Positions 62,398-64,000 of a stretch of 64,000 nucleotides of DNA are shown piece after piece. The stretch is from contig JBPQGU010000016.1 of assembly GCA_051362555.1 (NCBI GenBank), positions 6,386,001 to 6,450,000 on the forward strand, read 5' to 3'. The translations under genes and the position numbers were made by a program. Numbering within the stretch: the first letter of the stretch is position 1; the number at the start of each line of letters is the position of its first letter. Origin of the DNA: Lingula anatina (lineage: Eukaryota > Animalia > Brachiopoda). The notes beneath the pieces were generated by a model. That model was not told the origin of the DNA. It made no database searches and saw only the letters and a program-made list of their open reading frames with translations.

Positions 62398-63903
62398 CGT
62401 GAAAAGTAGGTTAAGAACCAATTTAAGTTTTTGGGAAGAAGTAGGGTATTCATTTTTTATTCTAGACTTGATAAAAATGGTTATAAATTTCCGTTTATAG
62501 CAACACCCTGTGGGATGAGGAAAGATAACAGCTTTCACCATTGAAAAATAAGTTTTTTGTTAAAAAGCTATTCTTGAATTGAAAAAGATGCGTTTGATTA
62601 AAAGGTGTAGCAAACAACCAATTGTTGATAACCCTTAAACAGAAGCAGTGCATAGCAGTGAAAAAAATAGATTGATTTTAGATGTACGAGAAGTAAACAA
62701 ACATGTCCGTAAGCAGTCTGGTAGTTACGGACATTTGAGAACGGCTCTTATGTTTATGAAACTGTGTGGTTGGTTGATTAAATTTGATTCAGCTAATCAA
62801 CATCTAGATATCTATTATCCTCATACGGATTATTGAGGTTTTTCATGGAAAATTCAAGATCAGCAGATTTATTTTTGATTCTTAGTTCTTCCATTTGGGT
62901 TATCATTAGCACTTAATATTTTTTTTCAAAATTGACTTGGCAATTAATCAAAGAATGGTTCGATGTAATTGGATGACGGTCTGTGGTACTGCAGTAACAT
63001 AGATAGATTGGAGCATCAGGGTGCTGAGATCAAAGATGATATTGCTAAGTCAGGTTTTATGTAAATATATGAGAATACTTTTTGGTCGTAGGTACAGAGT
63101 CTGGCATTTATAGGCATCGAAATAGATATTAGTATTGGGGAAATCAAAGTTCTTGATATTAGATTAGCAAGTGCTAAGAGATCTGACATTATATTCGCAC
63201 GAAAGTGAGCAGAGGTCTGGCTATGTCGGTCGGATTATACTATGTCTCATGTGTTGGGAAGTGTAAAACAACTAATGACAAATTATATTAGCATGGTTAT
63301 TTCAAGTGCTTTTTCTTAGAATCAGAAAATGTGTGTGAAAGCATGCAGTCAAATTAGACCTTGGTGTAGTAAATCAGAATTTTACAGTTTTCACCTCAGT
63401 GCAATAAGGTAGTTTATTCTGATGCTAGTAGTACTGGGTTTGGAGGATATTGTGTGGAGACACCTAAAAGGGTGTGTTGCGGGGAATGGTCAGCTGGCGA
63501 AGCGACGGAGAGCTCTACTTACAGAGAACTGATAGCTGTTTTCAGGGCCCTGTTCTCCATGGCAAACACGTTGAGTGTTTTGAGATTGAAGTGGTTTTCT
63601 GATAGCAAAGATGTTGTAAACATTAAAGAAAAAAGTAGCATGAGGAGTAAATTACAACCTATTATTTTTGATGTTTTTCTTCTAATGGAGTTATTCAATA
63701 GAAATGAAAGGATACTGAGAGAAGAGAATACCCATGCAGATTATATAAGTAGAAGTGTGGATGTTGACAATTGGGGTATTTCTAAAGAATTATTCTCACA
63801 TTTTGATAAGATATGGGGTCCTCATGAAGTGGATTGGTTAACGTCCTGCTACAATGCTAAAGTACATATTTTTACTCTAGATTTTAGAATTCAGGAACAG
63901 TGA
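62398..63903 (+). pseudogene. DIRS-type pol (RT, RNase H, start of adenine methyltransferase-like domain), disrupted
   Basis: Motifs in order: VKSRLRTNLSFWEEVG…GYKFPF (~62400), KNRLILDVREVNKHV, FD…HLDI…GFSW, VLPFGLS (62885), LDDG (62969). RNase H: YSDASSTGFGGY (63415-63450), SSTYRELIAV, WFSDS, REENTHADYISR. Then WGPHEVD…YNAK. Multiple stops and frameshifts. Confidence 0.88.
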
Positions 63904-64000
63904 ATGGGAAACGCGTCATTTACGGATCTATCCTGGTCCTCAGATCAAATTCAGTCTCTTATTTCTACCAATGAGTTACAACAGACTCCTTGTTTCTATA

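Larger units (their letters stand above)
61560..64000 (+). mobile_element. Decayed DIRS-order (tyrosine-recombinase) retrotransposon, DIRS/PAT-like
   Basis: Collinear gag, RT, RNase H and methyltransferase-start motifs on the + strand, with many stops and frameshifts. Boundaries are approximate and the element probably continues past the window end. Confidence 0.85.

Noticed and set aside
63454-63903. 149-aa ORF as a functional host gene
   Set aside because: It is the RNase H/MT-start fragment of the disrupted DIRS-type pol.

Overview
AT-rich eukaryotic genomic DNA, most likely from an invertebrate animal (inferred from the repeat families). About 79% of the window (~6358-56629) is one uninterrupted head-to-tail satellite array with a ~362-bp monomer (~139 copies, estimated from length). 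The array shows local higher-order repeats, recurrent 7-bp and 9-bp deletion variants, a variable poly-C tract, CpG-decay variants and diverged edge monomers. Nearly all ORFs in the supplied track are artefacts of this repeat. The array begins ~45 bp after a canonical splice donor and ends ~150 bp before a strong acceptor, so it may fill one ~50-kb intron of a + strand transcript. Each monomer carries sense-strand splice-site-like CAG|GT motifs and an AATAAA. The left flank has a possible terminal exon, a (TA)n tract, a foldback MITE, a 33-bp minisatellite, a Helentron-associated (HINE/DINE-like) element and a CpG-containing region with candidate divergent exons. The right flank has degenerate ~179-bp relatives of the monomer, MITE/HINE remnants and a decayed DIRS-order retrotransposon (gag, RT, RNase H, start of methyltransferase). 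No intact recognisable protein-coding gene, tRNA, rRNA or CRISPR array is supported.
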